A program made the position numbers and the translations under genes. The notes under the pieces were generated by a model. That model was not told where the DNA came from. It did no database searches and was given only the letters and a program-made list of their open reading frames with translations. 64,000 nt of DNA from Moniliella sp. 'wahieum' (lineage: Eukaryota). Shown piece after piece: positions 36,774-50,097 of the stretch. Position 1 is the first letter of the stretch, and each line of letters starts with the position of its first letter. The stretch covers positions 496,001 to 560,000 of the forward strand of contig RSEE01000022.1 of assembly GCA_003971905.1 (NCBI GenBank), in the 5' to 3' direction.

Positions 36774-37177
36774 TCAATCAAATCGGTTATGAGCGGGCCT
36801 GTCTTGTTCGAATTCCTTTTGAACCATCTCTCGGCGAGCTGGTAGATCAAGCGTCCGGTGTCGTTCAGGGGTGTCCTTGGGGTCACGATGCGCTGCCAAG
36901 CCTTCAGGCTGAGGCGGTGGAGTCGGTTCCACATATTCTCCCTTATCAATCGCCTCTTGCAGTTTCACTTTGCGGAACTGAAGATCGAGAACGTCAGTTC
37001 GCTGAAGCATTGGAGCAAGCAGTGGGTGGCCATGAGAGACCCGAGACCGAACGAGCATACCTCGGACCTTTCCTTGGCGCTCCCGGCATACCAAATAAGA
37101 AGGCCAACACCTCCAACACTAGCACCGGCGAGGCCCGTAACCAACGCCCGGTGGACGTAGTCAAAGACGTTAGGCAT
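36774..37177 (-). CDS. COX14: Cox14-like cytochrome c oxidase assembly protein, 106 aa
   Basis: MPNVFDYVHRALVTGLAGASVGGVGLLIWY (single TM); intron 36978-37060 (GTATGC..CAG) restores the frame to FRKVKLQEAID.. Confidence 0.65.
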
Positions 37178-38967
37178 GTTGGTAGTGAAAGTGGTGGTGG
37201 TATGCAATCGTCAGCGCTCAGCCTGAGCGCCATTCGGCCGGCAACCGCAACCGTTCCACTTCCTACCCATTTTACGTAATGAACATCCGGTGCCGAATAA
37301 TTTACCCCGTTTCAGGCGTGTAGAAATAGCCGGGTGACCGGTGACCCGCCGGTGACATGTGACAGAAGAGTCCATTGGAGATACGACTCTCATCGACCTC
37401 ACGGCTCCACACCAGGGTCCATAACCACGTCTCCATTTGTATCCACCCGCGCTACATCCTTTTTGGAAACGAGTGACAGGAGCCAGAAGGCCTCCCGACA
37501 ACGTACAGTGACTCTCTGGGACCGCGCGTATACTAATGTTATGGGAGAGAACTTGATTAGCGTGTGTTATATGGAGAAGAAGGCCGTGAGAGACGATTTA
37601 TTGAGGACGCGGTATATTAAAACCCAGTAACAGGAGATGGAGATGGGGGAAAATGAGGATAGTAGATGGATTGGATACATATATGGACGGATTGGAGGTA
37701 TATGTACCTCAGAAGGAAGGGGGCACAGCCGAGAGGTGAACACAGGATCTCCCAACTGATAGAGGAATCACGCCATAGTGTCCATACGGGCCTAGTGGGC
37801 CAAGGTCCCCCTAGGAGGGTGTGTTTCTGACACCCAGGAAAAGCTACGCTATGTACTGTATAAGTTGTGCCACTTATGAAGACTTTGTCAGTATTCAGTA
37901 CACAGTCCAATGACCACATGTGGTCTCTGCCTTGGAACAACGCCTTTTTTTCTGGATCACCATATGGAGGGAGATACGCAAAAATGAGCTCTTGCATAGC
38001 TTGATAGCTTGATTACCCCCCCCCCCCCCCTTATACTCATTTACGGAGATGGATCTCCCCTTTACCGCTTGCTTTTCTCCCAACGGTGGTAAAGTAGAAA
38101 GCTCTTTTGCCTCGTACCAACGTCATTTGTGCGTACGTGTGTTTCCCACATCAAGACAGACAGCTATGGAAACAAAAGTGTGGTTTATTGACTGAGAGGC
38201 TTCTTGTTGATCGATCTGAACACAGCTATTCCGGTCCTGTGAACCATTATGAAGGAAAGGGAAGTTATATATACAGCGCTTTTCGAAAGCCGGTCATCCG
38301 CCCACCCCATTTTGGTCTTAAATCTCGGGAGAGCTAATCGTGACCCCCAAAAGGGAATCATTGCTTGCAGCTATGATTGTCTCCCTGCTGTGCTTTGGCT
38401 GATATCATCAGTCACATCGCTCAGTCTTTGATGAGCATGAAGAGTCATGCGAGAGGAACCAATGTCTAGATAATGGTGGGGAATATTAGCAACTGATTTT
38501 ATTGATGAAGAGATAAGGAAAAGCAAGATTGGAAACGAAACTTGGAAGAAGGCGGAAAAGGAGATATGCGACAGATATTGTTGGAAATGAAAGCGAGCTG
38601 AGGGCTCTCGGAGGGATGCCGATTCAGCGATGAGGCCGTCTTTTTCGTCTTTCTCAGAGAGGTTTCTGTGCCTGGGCGGGTTTTCTACTTCTCTATACTG
38701 CATCCATATCATTGACAGAGCTTAAGGCTGGGACAGGGAGAAACGCTACGCCTAACCGCGACCAGTTCATCTTGCGTGTGTTGCTACTTGTAGCGCCATC
38801 CTGCTAGGGAACCAGGGGAATCGCCAGGATATCAGGACCCTCTGGTGCTCGCCATCCGGTCCCGTACCCGAGGTAGCGCGTGTGGACACGGATGAACGTG
38901 GTAGACATCCGAGCGAGGAACCATTTCCATTGAGACTCAGTCATAAATCGCTTGATGCTATTATGCA

Positions 38968-39628
38968 CTCAGACTGAGTACTGAGGACCTGAGCCTCAGG
39001 CCTCAGGTCACGCGTCACGCGTCATGGTCGGCAGATCACCGGTAAGAGGTCAAATCTCAGACCCCTTAGCCTGAGGGTAACTGGTAACGTGGACCAGGCA
39101 AAAGGCGCTACTATAAATGGTGCTGGCTCTAGGGGGCGTGTGGCTTAGCAATACAAGACTAGGTACGACACGATGACATTGCGCAGGTGATGCATGATGT
39201 ATGACGCACCAATGATTCTCAGATCTCAGGCTGAGCCTCAACGCTGAGCCGCTGAGCCGCTGAGCGTTTAGTTGCTGAGGCGCCGTGGCCCAAAGCTGGG
39301 AAAAATTGGAGGGTGGACCCTGGCAGGCCTGGGCGGACTGTGCACCAGCCAGTTGTTTTCTCGGCAAGCCATCCTTTGCTCCGTTTCGCCGAATTATTCG
39401 CAGGGAACTGGACAGGGGGGCAGTGTCGGGCAAAAATCTGTCGGCCTGCTCTCTGCCTGCCGGCTGCCTGGAAAATTTTCTGGGTTTACATGTGGCAGCA
39501 AAAAAAGAGCGACAGAGGGTCGAATGGCGCTGTTCTGCAGGTGGCTGAAGCACTCACGACTCGTTGGCTGACAGCGCGACACTCGTTCAGTGCTTACAGC
39601 ATCTGGCCACTAGTGACTAACTAGTGAG
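38968..39628. repeat. Heptamer/palindrome cluster upstream of the CNT gene
   Basis: ACTGAGTACTGAG 38973-38985; GCCTCAGGCCTCAGG 38993-39007; T(CACGCGT)2CA 39008-39024; TGATGCATGATG; TCTCAGATCTCAG; CACTAGTGACTAACTAGTGA. Confidence 0.9.
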
Positions 39629-39759
39629 GGCGACCAACCCTACCAAGGCGAGCGACAGGTATACGTACGAGCAGAGAGCCAGCCCACAGGTTACCTTTCT
39701 TCTTTTCTCTTCCACCATTCGCTTAATTCAGGAACTGGTGGAACCGCCTTCTTCTGCCC

Positions 39760-41947
39760 ATGTCCGCTGACCTCGTCGAAAACACCCGCCGGTACGTCCC
39801 CCCTCTTGAAGGTGGAAGCTGGAAGCAATCCTGCTTCTGTTGCTCCCATACCCGCAGCATCGAGCCCACGCTCACGCGTTGTCTGCTGCTGCTGGGTAGG
39901 AAATTGCCGCGCTAACCAGCCAACGAGCACATCATTCATGCTCCGGGTGTCCACACCCCACACCACCACCATGGCCACACCCGATCCCATCCACAGATGC
40001 CGCCGTCCATTCGGGCGGCGTATCAGTTGAGCCATCTGACCTGGAAGTTCATCCCAAGGGCTTAGACGAAATTCAAGAGAAACCCAGTTCCGCTTCTGGG
40101 AATCTAGCTCCGCCCCCTGAGGATCAGATCTCGGATCCGGCACCCGCAGAGCCCCCGAGTTACAACATTGGCGAACCGGTGCACCGTCCCAATGTTTTGC
40201 TGGAGAAGATTGGTCACTTTTTCCACACACGCTACTTTATTATCCTGCGTGATTTCTCTCTTATTGGCCTCCTCCTGGGATTTGGATTCCTTCAGTCGTG
40301 CGCAAGCAGCATCGTCACAAGTGGTTATTACCACCATTCTCTCATGGTTCTTCATTGCCCTCATTCTCCTCCACAACTCCAAGTATATCCCCCAACGACC
40401 CTTCATCCGCCTAATGTCCTACACCTGGACGAAGTTTTCGCGAAGCCGTGGTTCCGGTTGCCTTACTATTTCCGTCTCGCCTTCGGCTGGCTCTGCCTCG
40501 CGGCCCTTTACTTTGGTACTGCTTTCGGTATCAAGGCTACGCACGATGCACCTTATCGCCCCCGCGGGATTGCCATCTTTGGTATTTGTGTCAACTACTC
40601 GATCTTATTCCTTTTGAGCAAGAATTGGCGGGCAGTGCGGGCTTCGACGACTATCATCGGCCTCGGCTTACAGATGATTCTAGGTCTTCTGGTGTACGAC
40701 TGGCTGGGTACAATCTTTTTGGTTGGATTTCACCGCATTGACCGACTGCTTGAGCAAGGCCAGATTGGTGGGGCCACGTTCTTCTGGAATGCGCAGTTCG
40801 TTTCATATGGTAAGTTGTACGTCACACCTATCGCCTGCAGCGTCTGACCCCTCGCTTTCTTTTAGGTTTCTTCTTTGTGAACACACTCAGTTTCCATTCT
40901 CTTCTTTGTTTCTTTGGCGACAATGCTTTTCTACGTGGGCGCCCTTGGATGGGCGATTTCCAAGTGTGCTTGGTTCTTTTACAAACTGTTTGGCATTTCG
41001 GCGCCGAAGCGGTTGTGGCAGCTGCTTCGCCCTTCATTGGTCAAGGTGAAAACTGTGTGCTGACCCGCCCATTTGTCCCCGAATTTACCGAGAGCGAATT
41101 CCACCAAGTGTTGACCTCAGGCTTTGGTATGTGCTTTCCTCGTTCTTCCCTGTAGATACGTTTTTGCTATGATGGCGTCTGACCTATTGATTCTCTTCTC
41201 TTTGCAGCTACGATTAGTGGCTCGGTGTTCATTGCATACGTCAATTTGGGCATGTCGGGCCGTGACCTGCTTCTTTCGTCAATGATGTCCATTCCTGGAT
41301 CGATTGCCGCCAGTAAGATTCTCGTACCCGAAACTCAACGTCCATGGACACTGGGTCGCGTTGTACTTTCGGTGGGTACGGAGGACTCGGAGGACGACGA
41401 GGAACGTTCGGCGAATGCACTGCACGCATTGTCGAACGGCGCAGCGTTTGGTGTCAGGGTCGTCTGGCTCATTTGGGCCAATGTACTTTGCATCCTTTCG
41501 CTTGTGTACACCATTAATGGTATCTTGGCCTGGATTGGCGAGTTTTGGGGGATGAACCGGACCGGGGAAGAGTCGCTGTCGCTCTATCTTATCGGAGGCT
41601 ACATCCTCTACCCCTATGTCTGGCTGCTGGGCGTGGAAGGAACAGACTTGCTCAAGGTGTCTCGCATGATCGCCCACAAGATTGTCGCCAATGAGTTTGT
41701 TGCCTACAAGACCTTGCACGATAAGTTGCAGCAGGATCCCAACTATCTTACCCCGCACAACCTTCGGGTTTGCACACTGGCGCTTTGTGGTTTTGCCAAC
41801 TTGGCCTCGATGGGCATTAGCATTGGCGTCATGTCCGCCATGGCACCCAAACGGGCTGACTCCATCATCCGTCTCACGCCGACTGCTTTGTTGACCGGCG
41901 CGGCGGTCACTTGCATGACCGCCGCCATTGGCGGTATGATCAACTAA
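39760..41947 (+). CDS. CNT1: Concentrative nucleoside transporter (CNT/SLC28 family); frameshifted
   Basis: GAEAVVAAASPFIGQGEN; TESEFHQVLTSGF^ATISGSV; MSIPGSIAASK; KIVANEFVAY; ALCGFAN. Introns about 40810-40865 and 41127-41207. Confidence 0.95.
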
Positions 41948-43402
41948 CCTCCTCCCCCTCCCCAATCCCCTCACATGCACACACTGCTCTCACAACCCCC
42001 TCAATCCCCTCACACACATACTGCTCTCTCTCTCTCTCACAAAAACTGCTCTTACGCAGAGCACATCGCATCCTCTTCATTTTTGGGTGATGATCCAGCG
42101 ATAACCTGCATGTAGCCCTACTGCGGACATCCTTGCATGTCTCCCATTCTATCACATCAAAAAGCATAAACCCCTCTCACGTTTAATGCACGCATCCTTA
42201 CTATACATCTCTCCATCCTCTCCTTCCTTATCGCTCAGGTCACTCGTAAATTCTCTCACCAAGGCCCCACTGCATCAGGCTTCAGGTTTACTAGTAGAAT
42301 TCACAGAGTTCAATGCCTTCTATCACATGCCATCCCATCGTCCTCTTTTCCTCCCGGCCCCTCCCTTTCCGGAAGGAAACTGGCTGATGCATCTGCGCGC
42401 TTGGCTGGTTTGGTCCGTCGCTAATCTTCATGACAGAACAGAAGCTTCAGTTCGAGCGGATTCTCGGATATCCCTCCCTTAATCGCTGAACGAGAGAACG
42501 TTCTAAGATGATGCTGCAGAGCCGGGAGAGCGTGTCGTGTCGCCCTGTATAACCTTCTTTTGGAACTTTTGCGACCAGAAGTACTAAGGCTTTACCGTGA
42601 CCCGGCATCCTCTCTCGAAGTACTAAGTAATCCCTCCACCTGTGCTACCGATGACACACCAATGTGAACCGGATCTCGGTGGTTCAAGTCAATCGGCCAA
42701 GCCTGGAGACCACTGGAGATCACGTGACAGACGCGCCCGGCTGTGGTCGTCGTCTCTCCTAACGCTTTTGGCAGGAACGACAAGGTCGGCCTACTAGAAG
42801 GCATAGCATGGTTATTGGCCCTCCACGCCACAGGTATATACTTATCGAAAGGAAGTTTGGTGGCATAATGGTAGACTAGAAGCAAAGGGCGCGGGGACCA
42901 GAAAGGCAGGTTTTTAAGCATAGGAACCTTACGCTTATTCAGGGTAACGTGGCGTTAGCAAGTACGGAAAGGTCATGCAAACAAAGGATGAAAGTCAAGG
43001 AAAATGTTTTGAGAAGAACAAGACAAACAATCCTTTTCCAGGACACTAGAGGGAAAACATGGGCGGTCAAGCGCTAAGGCCACACCGCTGCGATAAACCA
43101 CACCGCTCGAACCCAACCCATTCAAAAAACCATGCATGGCTCCCAAAAGGTTTTGGGAGAAACCAGACCAGTACAGATTGGGCTCGAGAAATGGGTTGAG
43201 AACGGACAAGGAGGTGGGATCAGAGTCAGACCCGGACTGAGAGCGAGGAAAGGGGCACTCGTCTTTCCCTCTTGGGGACAGGGGAAGTGGTCGGGGCTGT
43301 GGCTCGAAAGAGGGGGGTGAAAGAGGATCCTGGTGGAAGCCAAATGGCCCTTGAAAGGTTATTATCAAGTTGAGTCGTCCGCTCGCGTGGGGAGTAAGAG
43401 AA

Positions 43403-46400
43403 TTAGAGCGCCAAAGCTGGGTCAAAGGCGTCGTGGAGTAGGTTTTCCAATTCGCGCAGATGGTGCTTCTTGATACCCGTAGCGACCGAGGCCGAAGGAG
43501 GACGCGAGGCGCACCGTGGGAACGTGTCCCGGTGGTGCTTTGAGTGAACGGCGGCCGTACGCAGACGCGGGCCCACGTAGAACCAGCAACCATTGTTCAG
43601 CGGCTCCTCCTGTACCCAGGCCAGGTCCGCATTCGGGTACTTGTCCAGGTGAGGCGTCAACTCGTCATAAGGGAAGGGCGAAATTTGCTCCAGACGGCTG
43701 ATTGCCACGTCCTTGATGCCTTGCTCGCGACGACGCTTCAGGAGCTCGTAGTACACTTGGCCCGTGCAGATAATATGCCGGCGAATTTGGTCAGGCGCAA
43801 CCAGTGCGTCTTCACCTTCTGCTTCATGGGGCTCAGCAATGTACTTCTTGAACCCACCTGCACCAGGGAGGAAGTCTTTGAGCTCCGAACGGGCCATGGG
43901 ATGACGAAGAAGTGACTTGGACATAAAGTGGATCAAGGGCTTGCGGAAGTCACGGTGGACTTGGCGGCGGAGCACGTGGAAGTAGTTCGCCGGTGTGGTG
44001 GTGTAGACCAGTTGCATATTGCAGTCCTGGTGCTGACGGTTCATCTCGGCCGGGGTGGGGAAATGGAAGGGGGTGTCATCACAGAGCTGGAGGAAGCGTT
44101 CAATACGAGCCGATGAATGTTCGGGGCCCTGGCCGTCATACCCATGGGGCAAACTGAGCACCAAACCGGTACGTTGAAGCCACTTGCGCTCACCCGAGGC
44201 AATGAACTGATCGATGATGCACTGGGCGGTGTTAGCAAAGTCACCGAATTGTGCCTCCCACATTGTCAGGTTCTTGGGGTCGACGAGCGAGAAACCAAGC
44301 TCAAACCCGAGGGCACCGTACTCTGAAAGCGACGAGTTGCAAATCTTGAATGGCGCCTGGTGAGCATCAATATGTTCAATGGGGGTGTATGTCTCCTCCG
44401 TCTTTTGGTCATGGAGGACGGCATGACGCTGGGAGAACGTGCCACGCTCGACATCTTCACCGCTCACGCGGACATAGTACCTTCCTTGACGAGGGAACCA
44501 AACGCCATAGCCTCACCTGTCGACATGTCGATACCCTCACCCGTTTCAACCGTCTTCATGCGGTTACGGAGAATACGGCCAAGGTTGCTGTGCACGTTAA
44601 AGCCTTCAGGATAGGACGATACCGTCTTTCCGATGTGGAGCAAAAGGTCCTTGTCCACACCCGTTTCCTTGTGGTCAAGAATCTTCTCCTTAAGCTCCTT
44701 GGGCGATGGGAAGCCCTCCCAGGCGGACGAAAGCCATTCGCGCTCACCAGGGTTGTAGTCCTTGGCCTTGACAGCCGACTCTTCCAGCAAGCCCCATACC
44801 CACTTTTCGTGCTCGTCAACTTGCTGTTGGGTAAAGGTGCCTTCCTTGATCAGCTCTTCGGAGTAGAGCTTGAGCGTCGTAGGCTTCTTGGCAATCGCAG
44901 CATACATACGTGGTTGAGTGAACGAAGGTTGATCCGTCTCATTGTGTCCATAACGACGGTAGCACACCAAGTCAATCACGACATCCTTCTTGAACTTGTA
45001 CCGCCAGTCAGCCGCCAGTTGGCACACAAACGTGACCGCCTCGGCATCGTCACCGTTGACGTGGAAGATGGGTGCGTCAATGGCCTTGGCCAGGTCGGAG
45101 GGGTATGGGGTCGACCGGGAGAAGCGAGGGTCAGTGGTAAAGCCAATCTGGTTGTTAACAATGATGTGGATCGTGCCACCCGTCGAGTAGTTAGGCAAGT
45201 TGTACATGCCCATCGTCTCGTACACCACACCTTGGCCAGCAAAGGCCGCGTCACCGTGAAGCAAGAGAGCGACCGATGTCTTCTGGTCCTTGTCTCCGGC
45301 AAAGTCTTGCAGAGCACGAGTCTTGCCCGTCACGACGGGTCTTCGGCCTCAAGGTGCGAAGGATTGCCACCAGCGAGAGCAACCTTACGCCCACTGGGGG
45401 TGGGGCGAACATAGTTGGCACCCAAGTGGTACTTGACGTCTCCGCCTCCATCTGAGCCATCATCGGCACCCTTGAATTGGTTCAGAATACCTTCGACGGG
45501 ACGGCGAATGACATTGGCCAGCACATTCAGACGACCACGGTGGGGCATACCAATCGTCACGCTGCTAGCACCTTGGTCAACCAAACGGTCAATCAGAGCC
45601 TTGACACCGGGAATGAGCGATTCACCGCCCTCAAGACCAAACGCTTGTCGGTGGGGAACTTGCTGGCAATGAAACGCTCGAAGTTGTCCGACCAGATGAG
45701 ACGATCAAGGATGCGCTTCTTCTCCTCAGTCGAATACTTGTAGGGATCGGGGCGCTCGATCCGAGCACGGAGCCAGTCACAGCGCTCACGATCAGGGATG
45801 TGCATGTACTGGTAACCAATCGAACCACAGTAGATCTTCTTGCATGTGTCAATCAGCTCACCAATGGTCATCTCTGACTTGGCGCTGGTAAAGTTGGGCA
45901 GCAAGGCCTGGCTAACCTTGATCGTCTTGCCCAAATCGGCTTCGCTGAGGCCGTAGTACTCGAGTGTGAGTTCTTCTGGCACAGAGTTACGAGGGGTGAT
46001 GCCAAGGGGATCCAAATCAGCGAGCCGGTGACCGCGGACTTGGAACGCACGGACAAGCAGCTGGACCTGCAGTGCGGGGGCGGGGGGTGGAGGATAGAGT
46101 CAGCAGGGAAGAGGGGGAACCAGCAAGCAAACGCACCTTGAGCTGGGCGTCAACGCCCTGGACTTGAGCCGATGTGAGGGGCGCCTGGACAAGAGAGCTG
46201 TCACTGAGCGCTGGCGGCAGCACAACGGCGTCTTGGGAGCGGAGACCCTTGTTGAGGCCAGAAAAGTAGGCGTTCCAGCTGGCATGAACCGAGGACGGGT
46301 CCTGCTTCCACTGGCGGTGCATCTCCTCGACGTAGTAGGCATTGTTGGAGGTGAGGAACTTGTCGTTGGCCGACGGCGGGTCGGCGGGGGTGGCCTGGCG

Positions 46401-46526
46401 CGGAGCGGCGGATGTGGCGAGTTGGCGAGCAGCGGCCGGCGAGGCGAGGCGCGCAGCCAAGAGGGCGGCGGAGCGGGGGCGCACGGGCGTGCGCGTGGGC
46501 GCCGAGCGGAGGAGAGAGGCGAGCAT
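43403..46526 (-). CDS. KGD1: Mitochondrial 2-oxoglutarate dehydrogenase E1
   Basis: [75 protein letters not shown]. Intron about 46067-46135; Arg/Ala-rich presequence. Confidence 0.98.
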
Positions 46527-46755
46527 GGCCAGAGCAGAGCCCAGCGGGGGTGGTGGGCAGCAGCGAAGCGAAGAAGGCGCAAGGGGGAAGAGAAGCAGGC
46601 TGGCTCAGCGCGTGGGCGAGGCACGGGGTGACTGAAGCCATCACCGGCCAGTAGCAGTTCGGTGAAGATGTGCCCCGTGCGTCGCCAGCGCATGGCCGCC
46701 TGCAGGGGAAGGAGGGTAGGGTTGCGCTGTGGCTGTGGCTGCTGTGGCACCCGTG

Positions 46756-46841
46756 GGGGAGCTGCAGGGAGCTGCAGGGAGCTGCAGGGGAGCTGCAGGG
46801 GAGCTGCAGGGGAGCTGCAGGGGCTGCAGGGGGGCTGCAGG
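46756..46841. repeat. 8 x GCTGCAG units separated by G-runs, upstream of KGD1
   Basis: Read directly: GGGAGCTGCA(G) period 9-11. Confidence 0.9.
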
Positions 46842-47271
46842 CGCCACCACGCATCATGCATGCCTCCGCCCGATGGCTGACCCAGCATGCGCTTGGCGCT
46901 GCTTTCTCCCCGGCTGGTCAGCCGGGGTTACGTTTTGCTTGTCACATTGGCCGACTCTGCCCGCGGTGCTTGGAGCCAGTGTCTGGTGTTCCACCATGCT
47001 TGTTTGCATTGGCTGCGCTTCGTGGAGATTCGATGCAGCCCCAGAACCCAGCCCACACCAACGCCAGCGCGGGGAACAGCGGCGCTGGGGCAGCTGTGCC
47101 AATCAATATTCAATCCCCAACACACCCTGCGCCCGGATCAATGAATTGGCCGATCGCTGTGGCAGGCTGTGGTGCGGCAGGCACTGCTGTGGCTCAGCCC
47201 GCCACGTGGCCGCAAAGGCGGACATTTGTCCCAATTAATCAGCCGCCGTCTGTCACAACAGCTGCTACGCA

Positions 47272-47674
47272 GTCACGTGTGGCTGACTAGTGACTAGTGA
47301 CTAGTGACTACCGCACTTGCTCAGCCAGCGCCGCAGCTATGACCATGTCGGTTAGTTTTGGTGCAATTTATTGTGTCAGCCACAGAGAAAGCACTCTGGC
47401 AAAGAGCCAAGATGATGTCGATGATGCGTATTGCGGCCCTTGGGGCAAACTCCTTCCCACGGTTTCTTCCACATGCCAACGTGTTGACCAAAGGGCAATG
47501 TCAGGCCTCAGGAGGCGACGATTTTGACAAGTCGCCTTGTGACATGTGTCACTAAGGGCGAGCCACCTCCGAAGTCACTCTTACCCTCTTATACACATCC
47601 GGGCACCACACCAGTATCTCTATCGTCTAGTAGCCTTTTGTGTCACATGTCACATCCGATGTCACTAGCTTCAC
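47272..47674. repeat. Heptamer arrays upstream of KGD1
   Basis: TG(ACTAGTG)3ACTA 47284-47310; TCACATGTCACAT 47643-47655. Confidence 0.9.
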
Positions 47675-47681
47675 TCCTCTC

Positions 47682-47747
47682 CTCCTTCTCCTTCTCCTTC
47701 TCCTTCTCCTTCTCCTTCTCCTTCTCCTTCTCCTTCTCCTTCTCCTT
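47682..47747. repeat. (CTCCTT)11 microsatellite
   Basis: Read directly. Confidence 0.95.
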
Positions 47748-49515
47748 CCTCTTTCCTCAGTCCAACCCAGCTCCTGTCTTCTGCATAGTAACTGCACTTC
47801 GGGTTCCGCTGGGTAAAAGTCCATATTAGGGGTAATATAGAGCGAAGAGGGTGGCATGGTGAAGGGGCATAAACAAAACATACAATAAGAGGCACACGAA
47901 TATCATACCCCAAACAGAGAGAGGAAAACGGTGTGAGTAGAGGGAACAAAAAGTGGACTGCTGCGTTTGTATCCCGACGGGCAGAGTGTAACGCTGCGGC
48001 TGAAGAACGGCCCCCTGATGTGTTTTCAGTTAAGGTGCGTTCTTCCACAAAAATACGATAGTATAGACGCTCCCAACTTTTCACGTTCTGTTTTTGTTCC
48101 GGCGTCAGATCTCAGAGAGATCCATCAGTGGTGCCTATGCCCATACTAGGTGTGAATGGTTGCCCGGCTTCTGGACTATACTCCCAATATATAGTGTGGC
48201 ATGCGCCATGCTCATTTGACCCCAGGGCGATATATAATTGTCTTTTCATCTCGTCACGATGACGGACTCCAAGGGAGAGTCGAACCTTTCGAACAGCGCG
48301 AGCACATCATACACAGAAAAAAGCGACTCGATACCCCTATCACTCTCTTCTGATCAATTTGATCAACGTCATCGTCCCCTCTCCATCATCTCCCAGTGTT
48401 TCTTCGTCAGGTACTGGCTCAACAGTATTTGGTGCCAACCGCAAGAATTGCCTATCCACATTGCTCATTATGATCCCGTGTCACTACCTTATTCGAAATA
48501 TGGTATGTGGAGGAGCACCATTGGATGCCGTGGCGACAGCCATTTTGCCTGTGCATCCTTCAAGAGCGCCGACTTGCGTCTCGTCTCTGGTTATTGTTAC
48601 AGGAGATGGGCAACTGGAGATTTACGATGACAAAAATGAGACAGTCATGATGATGAAAGCTTTGGTGGCATTATCTCTTCAACAGTGGTCCCAGCAGTGC
48701 CGCCTGCTTCTCTACATCCGTAGTTACAATGACATATGAAATCCGATACGACATTCACTGTACTGCACAGATCAGAAAGGGCCCTCTGTGCACCATGAAG
48801 AAAATGGTATTCCCATCTTCCTCATATCCAGCTGCCTCCCCCTCGCGCTTGCCTCCGTTCTTCGGGCTCGTCTCCGTTCCCTGCTCACAAGAGGGCAATT
48901 ACGTATCGCAACTCTCCACGGAAGAATCTCAATGAGAGGTAATATGCTGATGATGATGAGACCTGGAGTCCGGAAGGTCCTCGAGGGTATCAATCGCACT
49001 GGTGATGGTGGCGGTCTAAGCCAACCAGCAACGCCTACAGAGGAACATCAAGCAGCGAGTCGCCACCAGAGGAGGGCTAAGCCGCGGAACAAAGAGAAAA
49101 GCAGGAGAGAGAAAACAACGGAACTCCCAGGCCTGAGGAGGAACGGAAGAGAAATTGGCCAAAGCATGAGCCACCCCATGGCTCAACAGATGAGCCAGGC
49201 TATGAAGTGTGGTGCGCCTAATCAGGTCGAAGGTGTAATACAGACTCCTATCATTGGCCACCTCTGGACAAAATGGTCTGTGTCTGGGTTGATCGCATAT
49301 GCAAATTGGACCTACAGCCCCATGCCATATGGGTTTGTCCCCTACACCCGAGGGAAAAAGGGGAGGAGGGATGTTTTGGATGCTCGTGTCCCAAACACGA
49401 GCTGGTGCTGGCCAAGGCCAGTGGGAGGCCCATAACGGATGTGGGCTAGACCAGGAGCAGAAACGGCACTTATGACGATCCTGTCCGCCGACATGGGAAA
49501 CGAGGAGGCGCATAT

Positions 49516-50097
49516 TTAGATGAGACCAATCTGGTTGGACACATCCAGCGCATCCTGGTCCTTGTGGAGACGGATGTAAGCCTTCTTCTTGCCATCAGGG
49601 CGGATGAGGGTGTTGATCTTGGCCGCCTCGACAGAGTAGGCCTTCTTGAGAGCAGCCTTGATCTGGTGCTTGTTGGCACGGCGGTCCACAATGAAGACGA
49701 GGGTGTTAAACTCCTCAATCTTCTTCATCGCCGACTCGGTGTTGAGAGGGAACTGCAGCACCTGGTAGGCGTCCATGCGGGGAGCCGAGGGAATGCTCTT
49801 CCGCAAGTACTTGGGCTTGCGGGGAAGCGCCAGGGTCTTGGGGCGATGGAAGGTGACATTGCGGCGCACCTTCTTGACGCGGGTGCCCTGTTGGCCCTTG
49901 AGGGCAGCCTTCTTGGCAGCAAGAGCCACCGACTTCTTCTCGGCTGTACAGACAGGGACAAGTTAGCATTCGTACTTCACGAGGTTGAAGAGGTGCAAAC
50001 GACCGATAACAGGAAATAACGGCGCCAAGGATCACAACAGGGCGCCGCAGTCTTCCCCTCGGCCAATGTTAGCGGACTCACTCTTGACGATCGCCAT
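49516..50097 (-). CDS. RPL25: 60S ribosomal protein L25 (uL23)
   Basis: [55 protein letters not shown]; intron 49944-50081. Confidence 0.97.

Noticed and set aside
38371..38712. UstYa/DUF3328 RiPP-cluster oxidase
   Set aside because: Only a charged N-terminus plus a hydrophobic stretch; no HxxHC motif or repeat precursor peptide seen.
44350..45414. 354-aa plus-strand ORF (and similar ones opposite RPL25, RPS24, the kinase and CNT1)
   Set aside because: Antisense shadows caused by the codon bias of the real genes.
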